Positions 50,660 through 62,520 of a stretch of DNA of 64,000 nt are shown here, piece after piece. The stretch covers positions 54,252,001 to 54,316,000 of the forward strand of contig NC_058382.1 of assembly GCF_018350175.1 (NCBI RefSeq). The letters run 5' to 3'. The stretch comes from Felis catus. Its lineage: Eukaryota. Positions within the stretch are counted from its first letter, which is position 1, and each line of letters opens with the position of its first letter. The notes under the pieces were generated by a model, which worked only from the letters and a program-made list of their open reading frames with translations, did no database searches and was not told where the DNA came from. Made by a program: the position numbers and the translations under genes.

Positions 50660-52022
50660 TAACATCTAGGGTTCAGATCCTGGTTCTGCTATCCTTCTCC
50701 AATAAAAGGAACAAGGACTCCTTGGAGAATTGGCTGATTCTAGGGGCGAGGCGGGGAATAGACAAAATGAACCTTGAGCATCTTGTGGCACCAATAGGTA
50801 AAAAAGTGACCCGGAAAGGGGGGAGAGGGTAGAGGCATATCAAAAGGACAGAGGGGCCAAGCTGAAAGAGCATCCAGGGGCCAAAGCTGAAACAACAAAG
50901 CAAACACGACAAATAATGCGGTGGCGGCTTATAACCAGATAACCAAGATTATAAAATAAATATCCACGAATCTGATCATATCAATTGGCGATCTAATAAT
51001 TAGACCACTAAGGGAGAAGAGATAAATCTCCCATAGAGAGGAATCCTGAATAATTTATGTAGATATTCCCCCATCAAGAAGGGGGCACTTAGCTCCCCAC
51101 CCTTGAGTGTAGGCTGAGCTCCATATGAAAAGAAAAGAAGCATCACAGTGGAGAAAACCAGACAGTCATGACCTCAGCCAGGTGATCAAGTCAACACCAG
51201 TAGTGACAAGTCATGTTGACAGCAGGCACCCTTGAGATGATGTGATGAGAAAGGCACTTCACCTCTGGGGTCTTCCTCGTAAAAACTCATCACCCAGTCT
51301 CGTCATGAGGAAAATATCAGGCAAACCTAAACGGAGGGACACTATGCAAAAAATACCTGCCAGGTATTCCTCCACACTGTCAAGAACATCAGAAATGAGG
51401 AGAGTCTGAGAAACTCACAGATCAGAGGAGGCCAAGAAGACATGACAACTAAATGTAATGTGTTAGCCTGGATGGGAGCCTATGTTCTATAAATGAGCCA
51501 GAGACGGCCTCTGTCTACTGACCTCTGGGTTGTTTACTTCTTCATAGCAGGTTGTGAAGCTCATGGTGCAAAACTCGAAATCTTGCACATCTAATTGTTT
51601 TAAATATAGCCCAGATGAGCAGTTTCCAGACATTTACAGTCTGCTTGCTTTGAATACTCTGCAAAACTGTGCCCATTATTTGCTGGTGGTAGGTAAGATA
51701 AACTCTGTAACTATAAAGACCGCAGGCTCCTGTTGCCCTCCCCGTTGAGTAGCGACCTCTGTCTACCATAGCCTCTGGACAGTCTCATGCTGTGAAGGGT
51801 ATCTTCCACATGCAAACCTGTCAAAGCATCACCGGAATAAAGCTTGTGCGTTCTACTGACACCTTACCGTCCTATCTTTTTCCTTGACCAGCCCCCAAAA
51901 CCCTCGATTTGGGAATAACAACATCAAAAAAAAGGATGTCAGGGAAAATCTAACGAAGTCCAAACAAAGTGTAAAGTTTAATCAGTAGTGATTTACCAAT
52001 AGCAATCTCATTGTGACAAATG
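50660..52022 (+). mobile_element. L1MC/L1MD-type 3' UTR split by an LTR
   Basis: cagccaggtgatcaagtcaacaccagtagtgacaagtcatgttgac...gacatgacaactaaatgtaatgtg...cctggatggg [LTR] aaaaaggatgtcagg...ttgtgacaaatg. Confidence 0.85.
51483..51920 (+). mobile_element. Solo LTR, probably ERVL (MER74-like)
   Basis: TG...CA ends, TATAAA 51712-51717, AATAAA 51836-51841; cleanly interrupts the L1 3' UTR. Confidence 0.7.
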
Positions 52023-55002
52023 AGAAGACCAGGGGCTATCATCCTTTCCCCAGTGTCCGTGCATACAGCATAAATGTCACTCCAGGAGATGTGAGCTTCT
52101 GTCCCCACCCCTAGCCTTGCAGTGGCATAGAGGTTCTGCCCCAGTGGATAGAGGCCATCAGGAGTGGCCTGGGCAAACTGATGTTATTTGGAACAGAGCA
52201 TGGAGAAGATCATGCCTAAGGACATTGTTAAAAACAATAGAGACATTCATGGGAAGCAATTAAGAGGGGACTAGTAGTTCCATGAAACTAGTAGGAACAC
52301 ACAAAATGACAGACAAGTCATAAGTTTAAAAGAGAGAAGCAGAGAAAGGGACAATCAGGAAGGGATCACACTCATCACTGGAAATCCAGAGGCCCGGGCA
52401 TATGTATTAGGCTATGCCCACTCAGTAGCAATCAGAGCTGGATGTGGAGCAGACTTGAAAGCATTCGCCTAATGGACCCATTAGCAAAGCGTAGGGGCCT
52501 TACTGATTCAAGGGGTTTAAGTATAACCTCTGATCAAACATGACTGAACAATAAACTACAATACTCCTGGGAAGATAGGTTTAAAACCACACTCATCCCT
52601 GTTGGTCTGTCTGCATGCCTAAGACTGTGTGCGTGCCTAAGCCACACCCTTGCGGAAGCAACCAGGGAAGGAACATCCCAGATACCAGACCCCAGCACAG
52701 AGCAAAATCGTAAACCATCTAAGCTGTGAAAGTAGTCTCCAAACCACACACAAACCCAATGGTCAAGAGTGAAAATCTAACTGGTTGGAGGGGCATAAGC
52801 ACGACTTTTAACCAATAAGTATCTTCTGTTGACCCAAGGAAACCCAAGGTTTCCTGAATCCTCGGGAAACCAGGATAACAGATAAAAATAAGAGGGAAAA
52901 GCTGAGCAGGGACATCAGAAGGTACACAATGCAGGGAAAACAGACTTTACAAAATTAGCTCAGCCTACCTATTAAACACACAAATAAATGAGCAAACATA
53001 AACAACAACAAGCCATGGTGGGGGGTGGAGAAGAAGAACCAGTATCCAGATTTGTTACAATACATTACCTAAAATGCCCCATAATCAAAAGTTATGAGAG
53101 ATGGAAGAAACCATGAAGGTGTGATGAATACACAGGGGGAAAAAAGCAGGCACCAGAAACTGTCTTTGAGGGGGCCCACACGTTGGATATAGCAAAGACT
53201 TCAAAACAGCTATTATAAGTATGTTCAAATAACTAAAGGAACCCATGTTTAAAACATTAAAGGAAAGTATGATGACTATGACACACCAAATAGAAAATAT
53301 CAATAAAGAGATAGAAATTATTTTTTTTTTAAAGAGAGTACCAAATGGAAATCCAGGAGCTGAAAAGTACAGTAACCAAAATGAAAATATCATTAGCAAG
53401 GCTCGACAACAGATCTGAGTTAGTAGAAGACAGAATCAGCAAACTTAAAGATAAATCAGTAGACACTATGCAACCTGAAAATGAGAAAGAGAAAAGAATG
53501 AAGAAAATGAACTGAGCTTTAGAGAAATGCACAACACCATTAAACACACCAATATATGCATAATGGAAATGCCAGAAGGAAAGAAGAGAAAGGAGAAGAG
53601 AAAATATTAAAAGAAATAATGGCTGAATATTTCTCAAATTTGATGAGAAATACTCATCTACAAGCCCAAGAAGCTCAACAAATGCTAAATAGAATAAACA
53701 CAATATCACACCTGAATATATCATAGTTAAATGCTGAAAGCCAAAGATATGGAAAAAATCAATATAAGAGTAAGAGAAAAATGACTCATCACATATGAGG
53801 GAACTACAAGATTAATAGGTTACTTCTGACCAGAAACAATGAGACTAGAAGGCAGTGGGACAACACATTCAAAGGAAAGAAAAACTATCAACCAAGAATA
53901 CAATATGTAGCAAAGATAACTTTCAAAAATTAAAGCAGAGTAAAGATATCCCAAGATAAACAACACAGTATTTCTTGTAAAGCAAACACTTAAATAACAA
54001 AAAAAATATATGTATAGCTAATACTCCAACAAAGGAGATTTAAATTTTTTTCAGTTATTCAATTACTACACAAGAAGGTAGGAAAGTTGGGGAAAGGAAC
54101 AATGTATAGATAGGACAAATAGAAAACAAACATTAAAATGGCAGAAATAACACTAGACATACCAATAACAATATTATATTTAAATGACCTAAACACCCCC
54201 ATTAAAAGGGATTGCCAAATTGGATTAAAAAAGCAAAAACCAACTATATGCTGGCTACATGAAACATACTTTAAATACAGAGACACAAATTGGTTAAATG
54301 AAAAAGGACGGGGAAAGATGTGTCATGCTAAATTTCAAAAGAAAGCTGGAGTGGCCATTTGAATGTCAAAGTAGATTACTCAGCAACGTGTATCACCAGG
54401 GAAAAGGTGTTATTTCCTAATGTTGAAAGGGCCAGTTCATCAAGACGACATAAGCATAACATTTATGTACCTAATAACAGAGCTTCATAATACCAAAGGC
54501 AAAAACTGATAAAAAATGGAAGAAGACATATCCACAATTATTGTCAAAGGCTTAAATATACCTCTCTCAAAAAAAATCAATGAAACAAGTACACAAAAAT
54601 TCAGCTCATATATAAAAGAGCAATACGGAAAAATTTGAACACTATCAACCAACTTGACCTCGTGGCCAATCCACCAGTACTAGTGACTCCTACTTGACTA
54701 AAACACTATACCCAGTAATGAAAGAATAAACATTCTTGCTAAATGCATATAGAATATCTACCAATATAGCCCACAGACTGGGCCTTAAAACAAGTCTCAA
54801 TAACGTTAAGAGAACTGAAGTCATACAAAGTATGTTCTCTGACCAAGGTGGAATTAAGTTAGAAATTAATAATAGAAGAATGTCTAGAAAATCTCTATTT
54901 GGAAATTAAGGAAAATACTTGTAAATAATCCATAGGTCAAAAAAATAATAATAATCCATAAGTCAAAGAAGAAATCAAAAGGAAATTAGAAAGTGTTTAA
55001 AA

Positions 55003-55215
55003 AAATTTTTTAATGTTTTATTTATGTTTGAGAGAGAGTGAGAAAGAGCATGAGCAGGGGAGGGGCAGAGAGAGGAGGCGACACAGAATCTGAAGCAGGC
55101 TCCAGGCTCCAAGCTGTCAGCACTGAGCTCAACGTGGGGCTTGAACTCACAAACCGTGAGATCATGACCTGAGCCAAAGTCAGATGCTTAACTGACTGAG
55201 CCACCCAGGCGCCCC
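55003..55215 (-). mobile_element. Can-SINE
   Basis: TSD agaaagtgttt at 54988 and 55216. Confidence 0.97.
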
Positions 55216-55244
55216 AGAAAGTGTTTTAAACTGAATGAAAATGA

Positions 55245-55456
55245 GGGGCACCTGGGTGGCTCAGTTGGTTAAGAGTCCAACGTCAGCTCAGGTCATGATC
55301 TCGTAGATCGTGATTTCGAGCCCCAGGTCAGGCTCTGTGCTGAAAGCTCAGAGCCTGGAGCCTGCTTCGGATCTGTGTGTGTCTCTCTCTGCCCCTCTTC
55401 TGCTCATGCTCTGTCTCTCTCAAAAATAAATAAACACTTAAAAAATAAAAATAAAT
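55245..55456 (+). mobile_element. Can-SINE
   Basis: TSD aaactgaatgaaaatga at 55228 and 55457. Confidence 0.97.
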
Positions 55457-56948
55457 AAACTGAATGAAAATGAAAACACAACATATCAAATTTGTGATAT
55501 GCAGCAAGAGACTGTGTTAGGAAAGAAGTGAAGCCTCAGATCAATTATCTCAGGTTATACCTGTAGAAACTAAAAAAAGAGAAACAAATTAAACCCAAAG
55601 AAGCAAAAAAAAGAAAGTGATATCAGAGGAAATATTAATAAAATGGAAAGCAGAAAAATGAGAGAAAAATCAATGAAACCAAAAGCCAATTCAATGAGAA
55701 AAATCAATAAAATTGATAAACCTGTATGGAGACTGATCAGGAAAAAAGGAAGAATATAATAAGGCAATAATATCAGAAAAGAGTGAGGTGATATCAGTAT
55801 AGATTTTGTAAGTATTTAAAAAATTATCAGGAAATATTATCTTTTTAACTTTTTTTCCAATAAATTTGACAACTTATATGAAATGAACAAATTCCTGGAG
55901 GAACACAGAGACAAGGCTCTTGAATTCAAGAAGAAACAGACAACTTGAATCACTCTGTATCTATTAATAAATTCAATTTGTAGTTTAAAATCTTTTCACA
56001 AGGAAACTCCACCTTTACCAAACATTTACTACTACTACTACTACTAATAATAATAATAGTAATACCAATTCAACACGAACTCTTCCAGATAAATGAAGAG
56101 AAGGGAATACTTCCCAACTCATTCTACCCAGGGCAACATTATCTTGCCACAAGAACCACACAAAGATATTACAAGAAAAGAAAACTAACTACAAGCTAGT
56201 ATCTATCATGCACATAAATGCAAAATTTCTTTAATTTCAGCTAATATAATCCAACAATATATTTAAAAGATTAGAGAATATAATCAGGTAGAATTTTATC
56301 CCCAGAATACCAGATTAGTTTAACATTCAAAAAAAAAGTCAAAGTAACTCACCATATTAAGAAAACAATAAAAAGATGTGGAAGACTTATAGACTGAAAA
56401 CTACAAAACACTTTCAAGAAAAATTTTTAAAAACCTAAGTAAATAAGAATATCATGTTCATAGGTCCAAAACTCAATATGCTATGATTTCAATTCTCTAA
56501 ACTGGTCTACAGAATCAACACAATTCTAACCAAAATTCCAATGGGCTTTTTTGTAAAAATGAAAAATCTGATTTTAAAATTCATATGGAAATTAAAAAGA
56601 ACCTACATTATAAAAACAAATTTGAATTGCTAACAGTATCTAATTTTCAGACTTACTGCAAAGGTACAGTATTCAAAACAGTGGGATATTGGTATAAAGA
56701 TAAACAGACCAGTGGGATAGGATAAGGAGCCCTGAAGTCAATCTAAACACACATACAGACAACTGAGAGTTGACAAAGGGGCAGAAGCCATCGAGTAGAG
56801 AAAATATAATTTTTTCAACAAATGGTGCTGGAACAGATGAATATCCATATGCACAAAGAACTTTACTCCATACCTCACACCATATACAGAAATTAATTCA
56901 AAATGGATCATAGACCTAAATGTAAAACCTAACAATACAAAACTTCTA

Positions 56949-57170
56949 GGGGCACCTGGGTGGCTGTTGGTTAAGCATCCAACTCTTGATTTCAACTCAG
57001 GTCATGATCTCACAGTTCGTGAGTTGGAGCCCCACATCGGGCTCCGCACTGACAGCGCGGGGCCTGCTTGGGATTCTTTCTCCCTCTCTCTATCTGCCCT
57101 TCCCCCACTCTCTTCCTCTCTCTCAAAGTAAGTAAATAAATAAATAAATAAATAACTTCAAAAAAATCTA
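56949..57170 (+). mobile_element. Can-SINE
   Basis: TSD aaaacttcta at 56939 and 57171. Confidence 0.96.
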
Positions 57171-57421
57171 AAAACTTCTAAAAAAATATACAATAAAACC
57201 TTTGTTACCTCGGGTTAGACAAAGATTTCTTAGATGTGACATCAAAAGCACAATCCATAAAGGAAAATAATTGGAAAACTGTACTTAAACAAAGTAAAAA
57301 CCTCTGCTCTTTGAAAGAAACCATTAAGAGAATGAAAAGGCAAACCATGGACTGAAAGGAAATATTTCAAACACGTATCTGATAAAAGATTTATATCCGG
57401 AATAAAGAACTCATAAAACTC

Positions 57422-57465
<44 letters not shown>
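57422..57465. repeat. (AAT)n microsatellite
   Basis: Directly visible. Confidence 0.97.
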
Positions 57466-57467
<2 letters not shown>

Positions 57468-57477
57468 TTTCTTAAAT

Positions 57478-57927
57478 TTTTTTTAATGTTTATTTATTTT
57501 TGAGACAGAGAGAGACAGAGCATGAATGGGGGAGGGGCAGAGAGAGAGGGAGACACAGAATCGGAAGGCTCCAGGCTCTGAGCCATCAGCCCAGAGCCCG
57601 ACGCGGGCCTCGAACTCACGGACCGCGAGATCGTGACCTGAGCCGAAGTCGGACGCTCAACCGACTGAGCCACCCAGGCGCCCCTGGGAGGCTTTTGACT
57701 TTTTATTTTTTTTAAATTTTTTTTTACGTCTATTTATTTTTGGGACAGAGAGAGACAGAGCATGAACGGGGGAGGGGCAGAGAGAGAGGGAGACACAGAA
57801 TCGGAAGCAGGCTCCAGGCTCTGAGCCATCAGCCCAGAGCCTGACGCGGGGCTCGAACTCACGAACCGTGAGATCGTGACCTGAGCTGATGTCGGGCGCT
57901 CAACCGACTGAGCCACCCAGGCGCCCC
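57478..57927 (-). mobile_element. Tandem dimer of two young SINEC_Fc (57927 to about 57700 and 57684-57478) within one TSD
   Basis: TSD taaaatttcttaaat at 57463-57477 and 57928-57942. Confidence 0.95.
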
Positions 57928-58689
57928 TAAAATTTCTTAAATGGGCAAAAGATTTGAGCATAGCACTTCACCAAAGAAACTAGAAAGATGGCAAATAAGC
58001 ACATGAAAAGATTCTCAACATCATCATTCATTAAGGGAACATGAATTAGAACCACAATGGGACACCATTGTACATGTAGGAAAATGGCTATAATTAACGT
58101 TAGTGGCCATATCAAATATTAGATGTGGAGAAACTAGAACTCTCCTCTAATTCTGATAGGAATGTAAAATGATACGACCACTTTGGAAAATAGTTTGGCA
58201 CTTTCTTAAAAATTTAAAACACACATCTCCTGTATGATCTCTGTACTCCATTCCTACCAAAAGAAATCAAAGCATACAAAGAAACTGCAGTATATCTTTA
58301 CAATGGGCTATCACTTAGAAATTTTTTAAAAATGAACTCTTGATATGCACAGGAACGTGGGTAAATCTCAAAATAATTACACTGAGTGAGAGAATCCAGA
58401 TGAAAGGGAAAGCACACTGTACGATTCCATTTATATAAGACTATGGAAATGCAAACTAACAGAAAAAAGAACAGTGGTTAACTCAGGATGGGTGGAAGCA
58501 GTGGGAGGGGAAGGAGGGATTATTCCAGATGATTCCAGAAGTGGAAACATCTGGAAGTAATGGATATGTTCATTAGATTGGCTGAAGTGGCAATATCCCA
58601 GGTACACATGTCGAAACATTAAATTTTATACTTCAAACACATATGATTGATTGCATATCAGCTGTATCTCCATAAAGCTGTTAGGTAAA

Positions 58690-59560
58690 TACCCTCCAAG
58701 AAATAAGAAACGATAAAATAATTTGCATGCAAAAGAAGAACAGGATTCTTATTTGGAATAAATAAGAATAAAAATAAAGTTCATGACAATTAAAAACCTA
58801 AGGACAGAAACAGAAGGACTGGAAGATGAAGACAAGGGGACACAGAATATAAGACAATGATACAGTCAGAAGGAGCATGGGACACTTAACGTAAGAAACT
58901 CAGAGTCAGGAAATCCAACATCTGAATTATAGTAGTTCCAGGACGTGAAGACAGAAATTCAAAGGGAAGAGATTCATATAAAAAAAAAAAATTCTGGAAA
59001 ATTCCCACAACAAATAATATGAGTTTCCAGATTCACAGAGCCATCAAGTATCTCACACAATGGCCAAAAACAGACTAACCAAAAACACATCCCTACTGAA
59101 ATTTAGAACCGGATTTCCAAGTTAAGATTCTAAAATCTGTCATAAAGGAAAAAAAGAAAGTCTTACATGCAAAGAACCAGGAATCGGAGCGGCTGCTGCT
59201 TTCTCAAAAAGCAACATGAACATGAGCAGCAATAGAGCAGTACCTTCAAAATCCTAAAGACTTCAGGATTCTAGAGTCCTATACTCAGCCGAATCGGCAA
59301 CCAAGGGGGACGGCAGAATAAAGACATTTTTAGAAATGTACAATCTCAAAAACTTAACTTCCATCCAGCCTTCTCAAGGGACTGCCTGAGACTGTGCTCC
59401 CCGTCAGGGTGCAAATCAAGAAAGAGACTATGTAAGAAATGGAGTACAGGTGAAAAGACAGAGACTTCCCCCCACCGATAGTAAAGGGACCCCAGGGGAC
59501 AGCCGTGCAGACTTCAGTGGGGGCGGGGAGTGGCGGGGGAAGCAGTCCAGACTGGAGCAG
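58690..59560 (+). mobile_element. HAL1-like (half-L1, ORF1-only) remnant
   Basis: cagaataaagacattttt...atctcaaaaacttaacttccat...tgtgctcc...gacagccgtgcag...cagtccagactggagcag matches HAL1 as recalled. Confidence 0.7.
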
Positions 59561-59754
59561 GTGCGACTGTTTTCTTTTTCTTTCTTTTTTTTTTTTTTTT
59601 TTTTGGCCTCCCATAGTGCAAGGCTCTGTATTCAGAGCCACTCTTTCTCCAGAAAAATGGACATAATGTGGTTTCTAGAGCCATCACTTTCACTGATGAG
59701 CTTCATAATGACATCAGGGTATGGATGGGGACCAAATGACAAGGAGATAAAGCA

Positions 59755-59920
59755 CCATTATTCACCGAGGCCAAGACCACCTTTTCCACATTTCAACATC
59801 TCTGACACGGGGATACATCTTACAACTGAGGGGGTATCGTAGTTTAACTGGCTGCCAATTGTTTTCTGTCTTAGGGGTGTATCTTGTCATTGACAGCATT
59901 TTAGTTTCCGTGAAACCGGG
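59755..59920. mobile_element. MER104-like TcMar DNA transposon
   Basis: ccacatttcaacatctctgacacggggatacatcttacaa...tagtttaactggc...gtgaaaccgg. Confidence 0.7.
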
Positions 59921-60432
59921 TATGTTCCCTACATGAGTAGCTACACCCAAGCCTGGAGGCCCCTTCTCATCCAGATCCTGGCAAGAGCCTTCTGCTCTCC
60001 GTAGGCTGCAATACAGAGCAAGACACAAATCTGCCCAATCAACTCTCCTCTCTGGACATAATGGAATACGCACGGAGTCTCTTACATGAGGCTGGTAACT
60101 CATCCTTGCCTTACCTGGGAGACGTTTGAGGAAAACTGCTTTCTCCATTTACCATTTTGCTCCTTTTGAATTTTGTACCATGAGCATGCTTTACCAAATA
60201 TCATAAAAATGAAGAAGGTTTTTAAATAACCACGTAAGTGCATATACACAAAGCATTCAGAAGAAGCCTAAGAGTCCGGGTATCAGATGATGACTTTGAA
60301 TTGCCACACAGCGGTGTAAGGACTTCCTTTTGTTCCATTTGTTCCCAAAAAAGTAAACTAATCTCTCTTAAGGTTCCTTGGATTGGTGCTAGCTCTCTCT
60401 AAACAAGAGTCAAGCTAGGAACACTGAGGAAT

Positions 60433-60434
<2 letters not shown>

Positions 60435-60480
<46 letters not shown>
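60435..60480. repeat. (CA)n microsatellite
   Basis: Directly visible. Confidence 0.98.
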
Positions 60481-60482
<2 letters not shown>

Positions 60483-62296
60483 TAATTTCGTCATGTCTCA
60501 GGCTGTCATGATCTATTCACTCTATCAACAGATATGAAAAGGCAATTGACCAAAACAGACCCAAAGACACCCACAGAAAAGGGCAAAGGTTGTAGCAAGA
60601 AGCTAAGGTACTCTGTGTCTCTGGGCAATGTTCTTCCCACAACCACTGCCACCCACCCCCACACCCCCACACCCTGGGGTCCCTGGTGGATGGGACCAAG
60701 GCAGTTTACCAGGAGTATGAAGTCAGGAGGAAACTGAGGAAATGGATTCATAAAATCAGCTGTCAAGAAAACAAAAACCTCCTGACGTTATTCCAGAACC
60801 TCAGCTGTGTGTATTTTAAGATGCCCTGAGACCCTCAAAGGGACGATACTGCAGCCTTGGTTGGGGAGTGGGCAGTGATGGAACAGGTAGGAAACCAATT
60901 TCTGTATCTGCTGAAAGCACTCGGAATAGTTTCACAAAAGCCACTTCAGCCACAGGATGGCCTAGCCTCTTCCTACGTTCCAGAAATTTTGAAAGTTCTG
61001 GACATGCTCCAAGGCTCCCTGGACAGGTTTATGGAAGCTTCCTGGAAGGCATCTGTGGCCTCTCTTGATGTCCAGTAGGACGTGGCAGTTTCTAAAGCCC
61101 CATGCCCCTGGGGACATTGCTGCGACGCCAAGATGGAGAAATGCCCATCTGAGCAAGAGGAAGTAGAGTGTCCCGGACGGGCCTCTTCCCCAGGGCTGTG
61201 CCAATAAACTCAAGCAAAGAGACTGGTGCCACTACCCTGGACGCTCTGAGGACAAGTCATGCAGCACTGACATTGTCAAGGGTCCGAGATGCTCTCATAA
61301 CGGGTCACATCCACGATGATTATTGCCACCATCACACAGAGCTACTGCACTGGCTCTTAAATGACCTTCTGCCCTCCGTCTCCTTCCTCCCATCTCGTCT
61401 CCACTGAGAAGCCAGGCTGAGCTTTCTAAAATCTAAACCTTACCCTCTTATCCCCCTCTTAAAACTCTGCAAGAGCTCACCGTAGGATTAAGTCCCTTCC
61501 CGGTGGCAAGACATACTCGGCCTCCCAGAATTATTCCAAATGAGAAACTGGCTTTGCTAACTCATTACTGTCAAGAGGGAAGGTAACAGATAAACTAGTA
61601 TATGCGGGGGAAAAAAAAAGTTATATTCATTTAACCTAATGATACCAAAACGCCATACTTCATTTTGTACCTAGGTGGACATTTCACGGCAGTTACCTTC
61701 TCGTAGACCTTGATCATGAAAATGCCATCACCCAAAGTTTGGTATTTCGGTAGTGTTACTTTGAGACATTATTTGGCCAACGAGTAAGTCTTATTGAACT
61801 TTCTGGGGAAAAAAAATAAAGCTTTCAATTTACCAACCGTGGTAGCCAGGCTACACACAGTACAACTTTGGGCTCGCGATGACCTATGTGTCACTATTAG
61901 GGAGTTTCGGGGGGCCTTTCACCAGGGCATGAGGTAGTGACAGCTGACATCTGGGCCATGGAGACAAGGGAGTGCTCGAGGCGCACGAGGGTGAAGGCAG
62001 AGCTGGGGACCAGGCACACGGTGGGTAGACCAGGAGCACCTGGGCGGGGAAGACGTGTGGGTAAAAAGCAACGGGGCAGAAACTCAGCAAAGGGAAGTGG
62101 ATGTGAGAAAGGGCATGAGAGGAAGCTCTTCTCATAGGAGGTCAATCTATCTGGCAATCAGAGGTGAGGATTTGGACTCATTTGGACTCATTCGTTCAAC
62201 AAGACTTACTGCATTCACACCTACAACTATGTGCGAGACGCTGTGATGAGCCTTGGGGATACACACTTGCTCCCTGAAGTTTACGGGTGTACCCCA

Positions 62297-62520
62297 GGGG
62301 CGCCTGGGTGGCTCAGTCAGTTAAGCGTCCAGTCAGCTGAGCGTGTGACTCTTGGTTTCAGCTCAGGTCACGACCTCGCAGTTTCCAGAGTTCAAGCCCC
62401 GCATCGGGCTCTGAGCTGACAGTGCAGAGCCTGCTTGGGATTCTCTCTTCCTCTCTCTCTCTGTCCCTCCCTCTCTCATGCCGTCTCTGTCTCCCTCAAA
62501 ATAAATAAATAAACTTTAAA
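62297..62520 (+). mobile_element. Can-SINE with duplicated A-box segment
   Basis: cagtcagttaagcgtc-cagtcagctgagcgtg; degenerate TSD gg.tgta.ccca. Confidence 0.94.

Larger units (their letters stand above)
52024..58682 (+). mobile_element. Long ancient L1M element (5' UTR, ORF1 about 53100-53950, ORF2 from about 54138 with internal deletions, 3' UTR); inactive; carries five Can-SINEs
   Basis: ORF 54138..54362 ITILYLNDLNTPIKR...PTICWLHETYF...KKAGVAI is the L1 endonuclease N-terminus; ends cataaagctgtt. Confidence 0.9.

Noticed and set aside
52024..58682. Active L1
   Set aside because: Many stops, frameshifts, deletions and SINE insertions
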